Assembly (NCBI GenBank): GCA_049521795.1
Contig: JBEKOM010000001.1
Location: forward strand, 704,001-768,000
Source of the DNA: Candidatus Bathyarchaeia archaeon
Lineage (GTDB): Archaea > Thermoproteota > Bathyarchaeia > Bathyarchaeales > Bathycorpusculaceae
Length of the DNA: 64,000 nt
Direction: 5' to 3'
Positions 7,635 through 18,114 of this stretch are shown here, in pieces. Position numbers and translations under genes: made by a program. The notes below the pieces were generated by a model. That model was not told the origin of the DNA. It saw only the letters and a program-made list of their open reading frames with translations, and made no database searches. Position 1 is the first letter of the stretch, and each line of letters begins with the position of its first letter.

Positions 7635-9983
7635 TTGAGTAGAAAAGATCTTAATGTGAAGATCGGAGAATTGAAGACCGATTTTGGTTTTGTCAAGAAT
7701 CTTGAACTAACAATCGGCAAGGTTGTCGATGGAACTTGGACCGAACCGATGGGACCTACGCCTTTTCCGTCCCTGACTACTCTGAGAGAGTGGGACATGA
7801 GGATCCTTCAGCGCTACAAACCTTTCTACATGCCCTTCTGCGACCTTTGCTGCCTCTGCACCATGGGAAAATGCGACCTGACAGGAAACAAGCGCGGAGC
7901 ATGCGGAATCAACATGCCGGCTCAACAGTCCAGAACAGTGCTTCTAGCATGCTGCATCGGAGCAGCAACGCACGTCGGCCACGCTCGCCATCTACTTGAA
8001 CATCTGATCAAAGAATTCGGACGCGAACACATCATTGACGTGGGCGGGCTGAACGTCCACGTTGAGGCTCCGACGATCCGCCTCGTTTGCGGGTTAAGAC
8101 CTCAAACACTGGCTGACCTGCGAGAGGTATTGGATTATGCTGAGTCTCAACTCACACACTTACTGTCCGTAGTGCACACTGGGCAAGAGGGAAACAACCT
8201 TGACTTCGAATCAAAAGTCTTCCACGCAGGGATGATAGATCATCTAGGCATGGAAGTCGCAGACGTTGCTCAAATTGCGGCCTACGGCTTTCCAAAAGCA
8301 GACCCAGACGCCCCGCTTGTTGATCTGGGCTTCGGCACGATAAACACGGAAAAACCCGTGATCCTAGTCATAGGCCACAATGTTGTCCCTTCCATTGGCA
8401 TAATAGACTACATGAAAGACAACGGCTTTGACGGCGAAATCGAGATCTGCGGACTGTGCTGCACAGCCCACGACATAACCAGATACTACAACCGCGCAAA
8501 GGTTGTCGGCCCAATCTCATGGCAGTTACGCTTCATAAGAAGTGGCGTTCCAGACCTAGTTGTGCTTGATGAACAATGCGTCAGAGCGGATGCCTTCAAC
8601 GAATCGCAAAACATCAAAACCCCAGTCATCGTTACATCAGAAAAGAACTGCATGGGTCTGCCAAACCGCACAAACGACCCAGCAGACGCGATAGTCGAAG
8701 ATCTAGTGTCAGGAAAGACGCCGGGCGCGCTGATTCTAGACCCTGAAAAAGTCGGAGAAGTAGCTACAAAAGTGGCGTTGAAAGTGGCGCCGCTTCGGAA
8801 AAAATTCAAGACGCTGCCAGACGTTGACGAAGTCATCAATGCAGGAAAGGAATGCACTCAATGCAACTCTTGCATTCGAGCATGCCCAGAAGGCCTGGAA
8901 ATTCCTGAAGCGATGAAGGCAGCGGGCGAAGGGAACTTGACGAAGCTCGCAGAACTGTACGACCTATGCATTGGCTGCGGTCGATGCGAGGCTCCGTGTC
9001 CGAAGGGCACGAAGATTCACAGTTCCATCGTGAGGGCTGGGGACAAGAAACTCAGGGACGAGACGTACAAGTTGAGAGTTGGAAGAGGGCCAATACAAGA
9101 CGACGAGATAAGGAACGTTGGAGCCCCGCTTGTGTTCGGCGAGATTCCTGGTGTGGTAGCCTTTGTCGGATGCGCCAACTATCCGAAGGGCGGAAAAGAA
9201 GTTGCTGAGATGTGTATGGAGTTTGCGAACAGACGCTACATAGTTGTGACCTCCGGCTGTGCCGCAATGTCTGCTGGTATGTACAAAGATGAAGATGGAA
9301 AATCACCGTACGAGAAGTACACTGGCGAATTTGCTGCCGGAGGAATCGTCAACGTCGGCTCGTGCGTCGCCAACTCACACATCGCTGGCGCCGCGATAAA
9401 GATCGCAAACATATTCGCGAAGCGAAATCTGAGGGGAAACTATGAAGAGATAGCCGACTACGTGCTCAACCGAGTGGGCGCCGTCGGCGTTGCGTGGGGA
9501 GCCTACTCTCAGAAAGCAGCTTCCATCGCAGCTGGGTTCTGGCGCTTAGGTATTCCGGTCATCGTTGGTCCTCACGGAACAAAGTACAGACGCATGCTTC
9601 TCGGAAGGGCTGACCGAGAAGAGGACTGGTGCGTTTACGATGCAAGGACAGGAGAAAAAACGTATGTTGGACCAACACCCGAGCATCTGTTCTGCGCCGC
9701 TGAGACAAAAGAGGAAGCAATGGTCATGGTAAGCAAGCTCTGCATGAGACCTAATGATACTTCGAAGGGAAGGGCCATAAAACTCACGCATTACATCGAT
9801 TTGCACAAGAGGTTGTACGGAATTATGCCTCAGGACACACGTATGTTTGTTCGCACACTTGGGGACGTTCCGATAACGATGAAAGATGAAATCATCAAGA
9901 CTCTCGAAGAGAAGAATTGGAAGGAAACAGTGATTCCTGACCCGACGCTTTTGCCACGACTGATCAGAAAGATGAAGGAGTAG
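7635..9983 (+). CDS. cdhA: ACDS complex alpha subunit (archaeal Ni-CO dehydrogenase)
   Basis: [33 protein letters not shown], extra 2x[4Fe-4S] domain (CTQCNSC...CP, CIGCGRC..CP), [20 protein letters not shown]. Confidence 0.97.
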   Translation: MSRKDLNVKIGELKTDFGFVKNLELTIGKVVDGTWTEPMGPTPFPSLTTLREWDMRILQRYKPFYMPFCDLCCLCTMGKCDLTGNKRGACGINMPAQQSRTVLLACCIGAATHVGHARHLLEHLIKEFGREHIIDVGGLNVHVEAPTIRLVCGLRPQTLADLREVLDYAESQLTHLLSVVHTGQEGNNLDFESKVFHAGMIDHLGMEVADVAQIAAYGFPKADPDAPLVDLGFGTINTEKPVILVIGHNVVPSIGIIDYMKDNGFDGEIEICGLCCTAHDITRYYNRAKVVGPISWQLRFIRSGVPDLVVLDEQCVRADAFNESQNIKTPVIVTSEKNCMGLPNRTNDPADAIVEDLVSGKTPGALILDPEKVGEVATKVALKVAPLRKKFKTLPDVDEVINAGKECTQCNSCIRACPEGLEIPEAMKAAGEGNLTKLAELYDLCIGCGRCEAPCPKGTKIHSSIVRAGDKKLRDETYKLRVGRGPIQDDEIRNVGAPLVFGEIPGVVAFVGCANYPKGGKEVAEMCMEFANRRYIVVTSGCAAMSAGMYKDEDGKSPYEKYTGEFAAGGIVNVGSCVANSHIAGAAIKIANIFAKRNLRGNYEEIADYVLNRVGAVGVAWGAYSQKAASIAAGFWRLGIPVIVGPHGTKYRRMLLGRADREEDWCVYDARTGEKTYVGPTPEHLFCAAETKEEAMVMVSKLCMRPNDTSKGRAIKLTHYIDLHKRLYGIMPQDTRMFVRTLGDVPITMKDEIIKTLEEKNWKETVIPDPTLLPRLIRKMKE

Positions 9984-10532
9984 ATGGACATGGCAACAGC
10001 TGAACCCTGGCAAATCGCTGAGATCGCCGGACCAAAAAAGGCGATGGTAATCACAAAACCAGAAGTGGCCGCGGCGATGATTAAGCAGGCAAAACGCCCG
10101 ATTCTCGTTGTCGGACACATGGCTGCTGAAATTGAACTGGGAGACAAGAAGCTGATCGATTACGTGATTGAGTTGTCCGAGAAAGCCAAGATCCCGGTTG
10201 TCGCAACTGCCCACATAGTGGGTGAGTTTTTGAAAAGGGGTTGTCAGCCCGCTGGTTGGATGCCCGCGGTTGACGTGGGCAACAGGCTGATCGACCCAGA
10301 CTGGTGCGGGTTTGACGGCAAAGGCCAGTACGACTTAGCCCTGTTTGTCGGTCTTCCATACTACATGGAGTGGACGATTCTTTCAGGCGTGAAACACTTC
10401 GCTCCAACCCTCAAGACTGTTACACTGGACAACGTTTATCAACCCAACGCAAGCTGGTCTTTACCAAACATTGCAAAGAAAATTTGGACAGAAGACCTCA
10501 GAGCGATAATTGAAAAAGTCGGAGGAAAATAA
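9984..10532 (+). CDS. cdhB: ACDS complex epsilon subunit
   Basis: AAMIKQAKRPILVVG, W.GFDGKGQYDL..FVG..YY, YQPNASWS. Directly follows cdhA. Confidence 0.93.
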   Translation: MDMATAEPWQIAEIAGPKKAMVITKPEVAAAMIKQAKRPILVVGHMAAEIELGDKKLIDYVIELSEKAKIPVVATAHIVGEFLKRGCQPAGWMPAVDVGNRLIDPDWCGFDGKGQYDLALFVGLPYYMEWTILSGVKHFAPTLKTVTLDNVYQPNASWSLPNIAKKIWTEDLRAIIEKVGGK

Positions 10533-10535
10533 GAA

Positions 10536-11945
10536 GTGTCAATGTTCAAAGACATACCCGTCGACGTCGGCGTCATCTACGAGGGCGAAAGAATTCGAAG
10601 AAAAGACATGTACATTGAGCTAGGCGGACCTGACGTAAAAGAAAAGTTTGAGCTAGTAAGGGTCAAGAAAGCAAAAGAGGTCGAGGATGGAAAAATAACC
10701 ATCGTTGGACCTGACCTGAAAGAGATGGAAGAAGGCAAAGTCTACCCGTTTGGAATACTAATCGAAGTCGCCGGGCCCAAGCTAGAGCCAGAATTGGAGG
10801 GCGTGATAGAGAGGCGGATACACGCTTTCTCCAACTATATTGAAGGGCTCATGCATCTGAACCAACGCTACGACATTTGGCTCAGGCTAAGCAAGAGATC
10901 CTTCGAGAAAGGTTTCAACTCCTTCGATTACGTTGGAAAGGTCCTGCACAGACTCTTCAAGAGCGAATTGCCAATAATCGAGAAGATGCAAGTAACGTTC
11001 ATCACGGATTCGAAGAAAGTGAAGGAACTCTACGATGAAGCCTTGCAGGTTTACGAGGCAAGAGACGCAAGAGCAAGAGGCTTGAAGGACGAGGAAGTTG
11101 ACAAGTTCTACGGATGCGTTCTGTGCCAGTCCTTCGCTCCGTCCCACGTCTGCGTGATCACGCCCCAGAGGTACTCGAACTGTGGAGCCATAAGCTGGTT
11201 TGACGGAAGAGCCGCGGCCAGCATAGACCCGAAGGGGCCTGTCTTCACGATTGAGAGAGGCGAACTGCTTGACCCCGTCGCAGGAGAGTTCTCAGGTGTA
11301 AATGAAGCGGTGAAGAAGAAGTCTTTAGGCGAAATAACCAGGGTGCAACTTTACACAGCGTTCGGCCACCCGCACACGTCGTGCGGTTGCTTCGAGGGAG
11401 TAGCCTTCTACATTCCAGAAGTAGACGGGTTCGGCATCGTGCACAGAGGCTTCAAGGAAACGACTGTCAACGGTTTGGCCTTCTCAACGATCGCCGATTC
11501 CACCGCTGGAGGGCGCCAAGTGGATGGGTTCCACGGTTTGTCCATCGAGTACATGCGTTCTCCAAAGTTTCTACAGGCAGACGGCGGCTGGAAACGCGTC
11601 GTTTGGCTGCCTAAAGAAGTGAAAGAAAGGATAAAAAACTTCGTCGCAGCCGAGACCCTTGACAAAGTGGCCACGGAGGAAGAGGCGAAAACCATAGATA
11701 CGCTGAAGACTTTTCTGAAAGAACACAACCATCCCGTCGTAGAAAGATGGAAAGAAGAGGCGGTTCCCGTTGAAGAAGCGGCACCAACAGAGACGCCGCA
11801 GGAAGCAGATATGATTCCTGTGGCCACCGCGGCATCCTTGCCCATAACAGCCGGCGGGTTCAAAATCATTCTGAAAGACGCCAAAATCTATGCCAAAAAA
11901 GTCATCATACGTTCTCAGAAGAGCGAGAAAACTGAAAAAAGGTGA
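10536..11945 (+). CDS. cdhC: ACDS complex beta subunit (acetyl-CoA synthase)
   Basis: YEGERIR, FYGCVLCQSFAPSHVC, HTSCGCFE A-cluster motif, GGW.RVVW, Pro/Glu linker and C-terminal KIILK.AKI.A.KVII strand. Confidence 0.97.
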   Translation: MSMFKDIPVDVGVIYEGERIRRKDMYIELGGPDVKEKFELVRVKKAKEVEDGKITIVGPDLKEMEEGKVYPFGILIEVAGPKLEPELEGVIERRIHAFSNYIEGLMHLNQRYDIWLRLSKRSFEKGFNSFDYVGKVLHRLFKSELPIIEKMQVTFITDSKKVKELYDEALQVYEARDARARGLKDEEVDKFYGCVLCQSFAPSHVCVITPQRYSNCGAISWFDGRAAASIDPKGPVFTIERGELLDPVAGEFSGVNEAVKKKSLGEITRVQLYTAFGHPHTSCGCFEGVAFYIPEVDGFGIVHRGFKETTVNGLAFSTIADSTAGGRQVDGFHGLSIEYMRSPKFLQADGGWKRVVWLPKEVKERIKNFVAAETLDKVATEEEAKTIDTLKTFLKEHNHPVVERWKEEAVPVEEAAPTETPQEADMIPVATAASLPITAGGFKIILKDAKIYAKKVIIRSQKSEKTEKR

Positions 11946-11950
11946 AAGCA

Positions 11951-13168
11951 TTGCCAAAGGATGAGAAGAAAGAAACCGTAGGGCTCAAGCTGACTCCACG
12001 CCTAATAGAAATCCTAGCGAAACTTCAGGAGATCGAACTTGAAGACTTCCAGATGGACGTCGGAGACTTAGAAATATGGATACAGCCTGGAACAGCCGCT
12101 GTCCCCACGCTTGCTCAGCAGAGGATTGCACCCCAAGTGAAGCTCAAACCTACGGAAATAATCGAAGCAGAATTCGTTCCCCCAGTTGAAACCTACCCGG
12201 GCAAAATCGTTGAAGTAACGCTAGGAGGGACAAAGGGTGAAGGTGGAACCCGCGGCAAGTCGTTGACGATAGGAGGGGAGACTGCGCCTGCCTTTTACAC
12301 GTTTGAAAGGTCTATGCCACATCCTCCAGTCGTGACCGTAGACATCTTCGACATAAAGGTCCCACTGGCCAAAGCCGTGAAGATGCACGTGAAAGAAGTC
12401 ATGGAAGACCCGGCGGCTTGGGCCAAGCTTGCCGTCGAAAAGTTCGGAGCTGACATGCTGACTTTGCACCTCATAAGCATTGATCCGCTTATCAAGGATG
12501 CTTCACCGAAGGAAGCCGTGAAAACCGTTGAAAACGTTGTTCAGGCCGTCGACGTGCCGCTCATGATCGGCGGCTGCGGAGACCCCGTCAAGGATGCGGA
12601 TGTTTTTGCAGCCGTTTGCGAGACCTTTGCAGGAGAGAGGTTCCTGATAAACTCAATAACAAGAGACATGGACGTTGAAAGGTGCGCAAAGTTCGTCAAA
12701 AAGAATGGGCACGTAGCGTTGTCTTTCACTCCTATGGACATGAACATGGCCAGAGAGCTCAACCGTAGACTCTACGATTTTCTGCCAAGAGAGGACATAG
12801 TTATGGATTTGACGACGGCGGCGCTTGGTTACGGTCTGGACTATGCCTTCACAAACATGGAGAGAGCCAGACTCTCCGGACTGATGGGAGATTCAGAATT
12901 GGCTCATCCGATGTCCTCAGGAACCACCAACGCCTGGGCTGCTAGAGAAGCTTGGATGGAAATGGCTCCAGAGTGGGAACCCCGTGAACTCAGAGGGCCC
13001 CTTTGGGAACTTACCACCGCGCTCACCCTCCTGCTTGCAGGGGTCGACCTGTTCATGATGATGCATCCGGCCGCAATGAAAACCGTCAAGGACGTAACTC
13101 GCCAACTGTTGAGTGGAAACCAAAGCGACGCTAGTAAACTCGTGCAATGGGTTTCAATGAAGACCTAG
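11951..13168 (+). CDS. cdhD: ACDS complex delta subunit (corrinoid Fe-S protein small subunit)
   Basis: GGTRG....IGGE, TTAALGYGLDY, NAWAAREAW, GPLWE, MMMHP. TTG 11951 follows a GGTGA RBS; the ORF track starts at 11942. Confidence 0.95.
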   Translation: MPKDEKKETVGLKLTPRLIEILAKLQEIELEDFQMDVGDLEIWIQPGTAAVPTLAQQRIAPQVKLKPTEIIEAEFVPPVETYPGKIVEVTLGGTKGEGGTRGKSLTIGGETAPAFYTFERSMPHPPVVTVDIFDIKVPLAKAVKMHVKEVMEDPAAWAKLAVEKFGADMLTLHLISIDPLIKDASPKEAVKTVENVVQAVDVPLMIGGCGDPVKDADVFAAVCETFAGERFLINSITRDMDVERCAKFVKKNGHVALSFTPMDMNMARELNRRLYDFLPREDIVMDLTTAALGYGLDYAFTNMERARLSGLMGDSELAHPMSSGTTNAWAAREAWMEMAPEWEPRELRGPLWELTTALTLLLAGVDLFMMMHPAAMKTVKDVTRQLLSGNQSDASKLVQWVSMKT

Positions 13169-13187
13169 CCAAGGAGCGCCACGCCAA

Positions 13188-14639
13188 ATGAGTGAAAGAG
13201 AAACAAAAGTCAAAACAGGAATCAAGGAGCTAAGCCCGCTTGACGTTTACAAGGTTCTTCCCAGGACAAACTGCAAGGAGTGCGGCGAAGAAAACTGCAT
13301 GGCCTTCGCAACGAAGCTCGTGAACCGCGAAGTATCGCTTGAGAAGTGCCCTCCGCTCTTGACTAAGAAGTATGAGAAATTCTACAAACAATTAAAGGAA
13401 ATGCTGAAGCCTGCTGTGAGAGAGGTCATTCTAGGCATGGGAGATAAAGCCGTCAAGATCGGCGGAAAACTTGTCATGTACAGGCACGAGTTCACGTACT
13501 CCGACCCAACGGCAATAGCTCTCGACGTCACCGACGAAATGCCTCAAGAAGAGATATTGGAAAGGATAAGGAAGGTTGAACACTTCAGCTTTGAATACAT
13601 AGGACAAACCCTGAAGCTTGACATGATCGCTGTCCGTTCCACTTCGGACGACCCGGACAAGTTCAAGGCAACAGTTCAGAAAGTGACTGAGAACTCAAAA
13701 CTGCCGCTGATCCTGTGTTCACTGAACCCAGCTGTCCTCGAAGCAGGATTGATGGTCGCCGCAAAAACAAGACCGCTTCTGTATGCTGCAACAAAGGATA
13801 ACTGGAAAGAGATGGCCGAACTGTCCCAAATGTACGACTGCCCCCTGACAGTTTTTGCGCCAGGCGATCTGAACCTGTTGAGATCTCTGACCAAGACCCT
13901 GCTTGATTACGGAGTTCAAGACCTCGTCTTAGACCCAGGCACTTTTCCTGATGAAGGCTTGGTCGACACGTTGAGCAACTTCACGATGCTTCGCCGAGCT
14001 GCATGCAAGAGAGGGGATGAGCTCTCAGGTTTTCCGCTGATCGGTATCCCGCTAGTCGCGTGGATGGACAGAGGCAACACTCAGCAAGAGATTCTGAAGT
14101 GGCGTGAAGCCTATTTAGCTGCGATGCTTATCACGCGTTTCGCAGACGTTCTGATAATGCACAACGTTGACGGCTGGGCGCTTCTTCCGCCCGTCGTGTT
14201 GCGGCAGAACCTCTACACGGACCCTCGGAAACCAGTAGCCGTCGAACCTGGACTGAAGGTTTTCGGGACTCCTGATGAGAACTCTCCCGTGATGTTCACC
14301 ACAAACTTCGCGTTGACATACTACACGGTGGCTTCAGACATAGAGTCTGCAAAGTTGAACATCTACGTCTTAGTAATCGACACTGAAGGAATAGCCGTGG
14401 ACAGCGCCGTCGCTGGAAGAAAGTTGACGGCAGAAAAGGTCGCCGATGCCGTAAAGGCTTCTGGAATCGAAGGCAAAGTCAAGCATAAGAAACTGCTAAT
14501 TCCAGGAAAAGCCGCACGTCTAAGCGGCGAAATCGAGGAAATGAGCGGCTGGCAAGTGTTGGTTGGACCCCGTGACTCATCAGACATCCCGAAGTACCTG
14601 AAGGAAAAATGGCAAAACACTGCACAACCTTCTGTCTAG
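13188..14639 (+). CDS. cdhE: ACDS complex gamma subunit (corrinoid Fe-S protein large subunit)
   Basis: LPRTNCKECGEENCMAFA...CP Fe-S motif, YRHE, YTDPRKP, TTNFALTYYTV, VGPRDSS. Confidence 0.96.
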   Translation: MSERETKVKTGIKELSPLDVYKVLPRTNCKECGEENCMAFATKLVNREVSLEKCPPLLTKKYEKFYKQLKEMLKPAVREVILGMGDKAVKIGGKLVMYRHEFTYSDPTAIALDVTDEMPQEEILERIRKVEHFSFEYIGQTLKLDMIAVRSTSDDPDKFKATVQKVTENSKLPLILCSLNPAVLEAGLMVAAKTRPLLYAATKDNWKEMAELSQMYDCPLTVFAPGDLNLLRSLTKTLLDYGVQDLVLDPGTFPDEGLVDTLSNFTMLRRAACKRGDELSGFPLIGIPLVAWMDRGNTQQEILKWREAYLAAMLITRFADVLIMHNVDGWALLPPVVLRQNLYTDPRKPVAVEPGLKVFGTPDENSPVMFTTNFALTYYTVASDIESAKLNIYVLVIDTEGIAVDSAVAGRKLTAEKVADAVKASGIEGKVKHKKLLIPGKAARLSGEIEEMSGWQVLVGPRDSSDIPKYLKEKWQNTAQPSV

Positions 14640-14703
14640 CTCGCGTGTTCTTTTGTTCAAATCATTATGCGCTCTGCTTGTCACCTCAATCTTAAACTAA
14701 GGG

Positions 14704-15432
14704 ATGGATGATATTCAGTCATCGAGAAAGATGAAGCTCAGCGAAGGTAGAATCAAAGCAGTGCTTTTTGACTTGGGAGGCACGTTAATCAATATAGATA
14801 ACAGTAAGGACCCTCACGTAATGAAGAGGATTCTTGGAGACTGCGGAGTCAATCGTTCTTTGGAAGATGTGTCTAGGGAGTGGGTGAAATCTTGGGAACG
14901 ACTGAATTTCCGAGAGATGGCAAAGCTTCTTGATGAGTTTTGGGTTCAACTGGACGCCCGGGTTCTTCGCGACCTCCGGGTTAAATTGAATGTTGAAAAG
15001 CTGGCCAGGTTCATAGCGTCTCACTGGTGGGATTATGCCAAAGTGAGTCTTTACCCAGACGCTCAAGAGCTGCTTCCGCGACTTAAGGAAAAAGGTTTCA
15101 AGATGGGAATCGTAACGAATGGATTACAGAGCGACACAAGCCAGATACTGCCTAAAGTGGGTTTGCAGGGTTTTTTTGATGTCGTGGTTGTGGTTGACAC
15201 TTTGCGGAAGATGAAACCTGATGCAGAGGTTTTCCGTTATGCGTTAGAGAAGATGAATGCGACGGCGCCTGAAGCTGCGTTCGTTGGGGATGAAATGGAA
15301 GCAGACTACAAGGGAGCACAAAGGTGTGGGCTAACGGCGTTTTTGATTGACCGTGAGGGCAAAGTTCAGGATGAGAGCGTGAACAGAATATCCAGTTTAG
15401 AAGACTTACTTGAACCAAGCGACAGAAGGTAG
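14704..15432 (+). CDS. HAD-superfamily hydrolase
   Basis: FDLGGTL motif I, IVTNG, KPD..VF, VGD...D motif IV. Confidence 0.9.
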   Translation: MDDIQSSRKMKLSEGRIKAVLFDLGGTLINIDNSKDPHVMKRILGDCGVNRSLEDVSREWVKSWERLNFREMAKLLDEFWVQLDARVLRDLRVKLNVEKLARFIASHWWDYAKVSLYPDAQELLPRLKEKGFKMGIVTNGLQSDTSQILPKVGLQGFFDVVVVVDTLRKMKPDAEVFRYALEKMNATAPEAAFVGDEMEADYKGAQRCGLTAFLIDREGKVQDESVNRISSLEDLLEPSDRR

Positions 15433-15522
15433 ACTCTTTCAACAGTTCCACCTGCCTCGACTGTTGGCAGATAAGAATGCATGAAGAGGTCTTTTTCTTC
15501 AAGTGAGCAATTTTTTTGGAGT

Positions 15523-15996
15523 TTAGGACTTTGAATTCCGTCGTCTAGTGTAGTCTTCAGGTTTCGGAAAAGCTTCGTGAACTCTGTCAAAACGTCTTTT
15601 AGTGTCAATTCTATGCTGCAGAGTCACAAAGTCTCTTGACTTGCTGAATGTTTCTGAGCTTCCGTCTGGTCTTTTTCTCGTAATCTTTATGCAGTCATCG
15701 ACTATGCAGTTTAGGACGCAGGCGCCGCAGTATATGCAAAGATTTTCCGTGAGTCCAACTTCTCCCAGCTTCCAAAACAAAGCGTTTGTTGGACAAGCCT
15801 TTATGCAAAGCTTACACTCAACACCCTTGCACGTTCTCTTGTTAATGGTTAACTTTCCTTCGCCAAAGAATTCCTTGATGCCCAGCGGGGCCAGAAGCTC
15901 CTCTCTTCGTTTCCTTTTCTCCTGTTCAGCCGTTTCCGTCAACATTTGAAACATGTCGGCGCTCGAATCTTTGCTGGGCTTGCTTTCCTTTCGCAT
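15523..15996 (-). CDS. 2x[4Fe-4S] ferredoxin-domain protein with N- and C-terminal extensions
   Basis: CKGVECKLCIKACP and CIYCGACVLNC motifs. Confidence 0.8.
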   Translation of the reverse strand: MRKESKPSKDSSADMFQMLTETAEQEKRKRREELLAPLGIKEFFGEGKLTINKRTCKGVECKLCIKACPTNALFWKLGEVGLTENLCIYCGACVLNCIVDDCIKITRKRPDGSSETFSKSRDFVTLQHRIDTKRRFDRVHEAFPKPEDYTRRRNSKS

Positions 15997-16220
15997 TCGT
16001 TTCCTCTTTCGACCAAGTATGGCATTTGAGATGTATAATCATCGTGAATTATAATTACTTATCCCAAATATGCAACCGAGAACCAAAATCAAAGCCGAGA
16101 GGAAAAAAATGTCTCAGAATCAGATTAAACAGTACTTGTCCCAACAAAGGTCTCTAGTTCTTAAGAGGAAGTTTATAACCGACCTTGGTGTTTTCGTCTA
16201 GGTGCTGGTTGGGCTGGAAA

Positions 16221-16400
16221 ATGTGTGAATTCACTGTAATTCTCGACGGAAAAGAAGTGTTCAAAGATGTGGTTTACGCGAAGATGGAAGGCGGCAAGGT
16301 GATCCTCCGGGATGTGCTTGGAGAATCTCTGCAATTTGGCAACTGTAGGATCACAGAAGTTGACGTGACCTCGACGCGGCTGGTACTATCGCGCATCTGA
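16221..16400 (+). CDS. cooT: CooT family nickel-binding protein
   Basis: MCE N-terminus (Cys2), KDVV, LRDVLGE, I.EVD, 59 aa. TATA-like GTTTATAA at 16171-16178. Next to the CODH cluster. Confidence 0.8.
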   Translation: MCEFTVILDGKEVFKDVVYAKMEGGKVILRDVLGESLQFGNCRITEVDVTSTRLVLSRI

Positions 16401-16494
16401 GTCGACTGTACCGGGAGTCGCATGCTTTGGAATGCGCGTCGTTCTCTCTTGATTTCGAAAATGGAATTGCAGAGAAGTGTGCTGTGTTCTTCAG

Positions 16495-18114
16495 TTACGG
16501 TCTTATCCCACTTTTTTCAATGATTTTCGGGAGGACCCATTCAAAACCGACGGCCATTAAATGAAGCCCTGAAGCACTGGTTGTTCTGCGGATTTCGCCG
16601 ATAAGGTTAGCGAAGGTTTCGATGTTTTCCTCCAGAAACGCTTCCTTGCTCTTTTCTCTTGCCTTTCGGAGCCGTTGCTCTAGGTCAGGTGGGACCTTTA
16701 TTCCTGGCACGAATTTGATCATCCAATCCATCATGGCTTGGGATTTGAAGGGTGCGATTCCAAGCAGGACAGGCGTGTTGAGGTAAGACACTGCTTTCAT
16801 GAAGTTTTCGGCCTGTTCTACGCTGTAGACGCATTGGGTTTGTATGAAATCGACTCCGAGTTTGACCTTTCTTTCGATTTTCAGAATTTCGGGCTCTAAG
16901 GGGTCAGCGTTGGGTGATGCTCCAATACCGATGTTAAATTTGGGCGGTTCTACTATTTTGTTTCCGTTCAGGTCTAAGCCCTCGTCGACCACTTTTCTCA
17001 GCATGTAAACCAATGTTGCCGAGTCTAAGTCAAAGACTGGTTTGGCCTGCGGCATATCGCCGACCGTCGTGTAGTCGCCTGTTATGGCCAAAATGTTCTT
17101 TATTCCCAGAGTACCAGCGGCTAACACGTCAGAAAGCAGCGCTATGCGGTTCCTATCCCTCGTGGTTATCTGAAAAACGGCTTCTACGCACGCTTCTCTT
17201 TGGACCAGATAAGATGAAACAAGCCCGTTGAAAAACCCGAAGGCTGTAGGATTGTCCGTCACGTTGATCGCGGCAACGTGGCCTTTCAAGATCTTCGCGC
17301 TTTCAATGACTTCGTGCAGGTTTGTCGTTTTCATCGGTTCAAGTTCGCCTGTGAATACGTACCTGCCCTCTTTGAGTTGCTTCATCAACTCACCGTAAGC
17401 TTCCCTCGTCACGTTTTTCGCAGGTTCCTCTTTCATCTCTGTCTTCGTCTTTTCTGTAATCGTTTCCATGGCCAGCTGTCGTGGGTGTTCGGAGATTCTG
17501 TAGTCCTTAGGTATCCTGAATTTCTTGAAGAGGTCTAGCTCGTTTCTTTCTGTAAGTCTGTTGTAGATCAGAATCCATGCGCAGTCGTTTTTCCAGCCTC
17601 CTGCCTCGCATTTTCCCTTCACCTGTCCCCCGCATGGTCCGTTGAGAAGACTTTTGGCGCATCGAGTTATTGGACATATGGAGCCTGTTTCGCCTAGGAG
17701 GCATTCTCCGCATCCTCTGCACCTCTCGTGCATCGTTGCGCCGTCGCGATCTTGCGACCCGAGGAAAACCGTGTCTTGGGCAGGATAAACCGGAATGTTC
17801 GGAAAAACTTCTGCTAGGGTTTGCACTCCGACGCCGCATGCCAGAGACAGTACAGCGTCGATGTCCTTGACTTGGGGTGTTAGCGTTGTGTTAACTTCAT
17901 AATTGTCACACTGTTTGCCCATTGTCGTTGGTGTGCACTTGAATTCTTTGTTTTTGAGTTTTCCACCCATTTCTACAAGCATAGTGTAGGTTTTAGCCTC
18001 TCGTAACCCTCTCGGAGGAGTCGTACATCCATCGCAGCCCACGACTAGAATCCTCTTGTAGGGTGCTAGTAGACGCAATATTTCCTCTAGAGCTTTCTCT
18101 TTTGTCACTATCAT
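16495..18114 (-). CDS. metF: Fused MetV-MetF methylene-tetrahydrofolate (pterin) reductase
   Basis: N-terminal ~213 aa MetV (VGCDGC, QCD, LACGVGVQ, CRGCGEC.L....ICPITRCAKSLLNGPCGG....CE....CAW), a linker, then the MetF barrel (GELEP, NVTDNP, RDRNRIAL, AITGD, FDLDS, DFIQTQ, GLHLM). Confidence 0.9.
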   Translation of the reverse strand: MIVTKEKALEEILRLLAPYKRILVVGCDGCTTPPRGLREAKTYTMLVEMGGKLKNKEFKCTPTTMGKQCDNYEVNTTLTPQVKDIDAVLSLACGVGVQTLAEVFPNIPVYPAQDTVFLGSQDRDGATMHERCRGCGECLLGETGSICPITRCAKSLLNGPCGGQVKGKCEAGGWKNDCAWILIYNRLTERNELDLFKKFRIPKDYRISEHPRQLAMETITEKTKTEMKEEPAKNVTREAYGELMKQLKEGRYVFTGELEPMKTTNLHEVIESAKILKGHVAAINVTDNPTAFGFFNGLVSSYLVQREACVEAVFQITTRDRNRIALLSDVLAAGTLGIKNILAITGDYTTVGDMPQAKPVFDLDSATLVYMLRKVVDEGLDLNGNKIVEPPKFNIGIGASPNADPLEPEILKIERKVKLGVDFIQTQCVYSVEQAENFMKAVSYLNTPVLLGIAPFKSQAMMDWMIKFVPGIKVPPDLEQRLRKAREKSKEAFLEENIETFANLIGEIRRTTSASGLHLMAVGFEWVLPKIIEKSGIRP

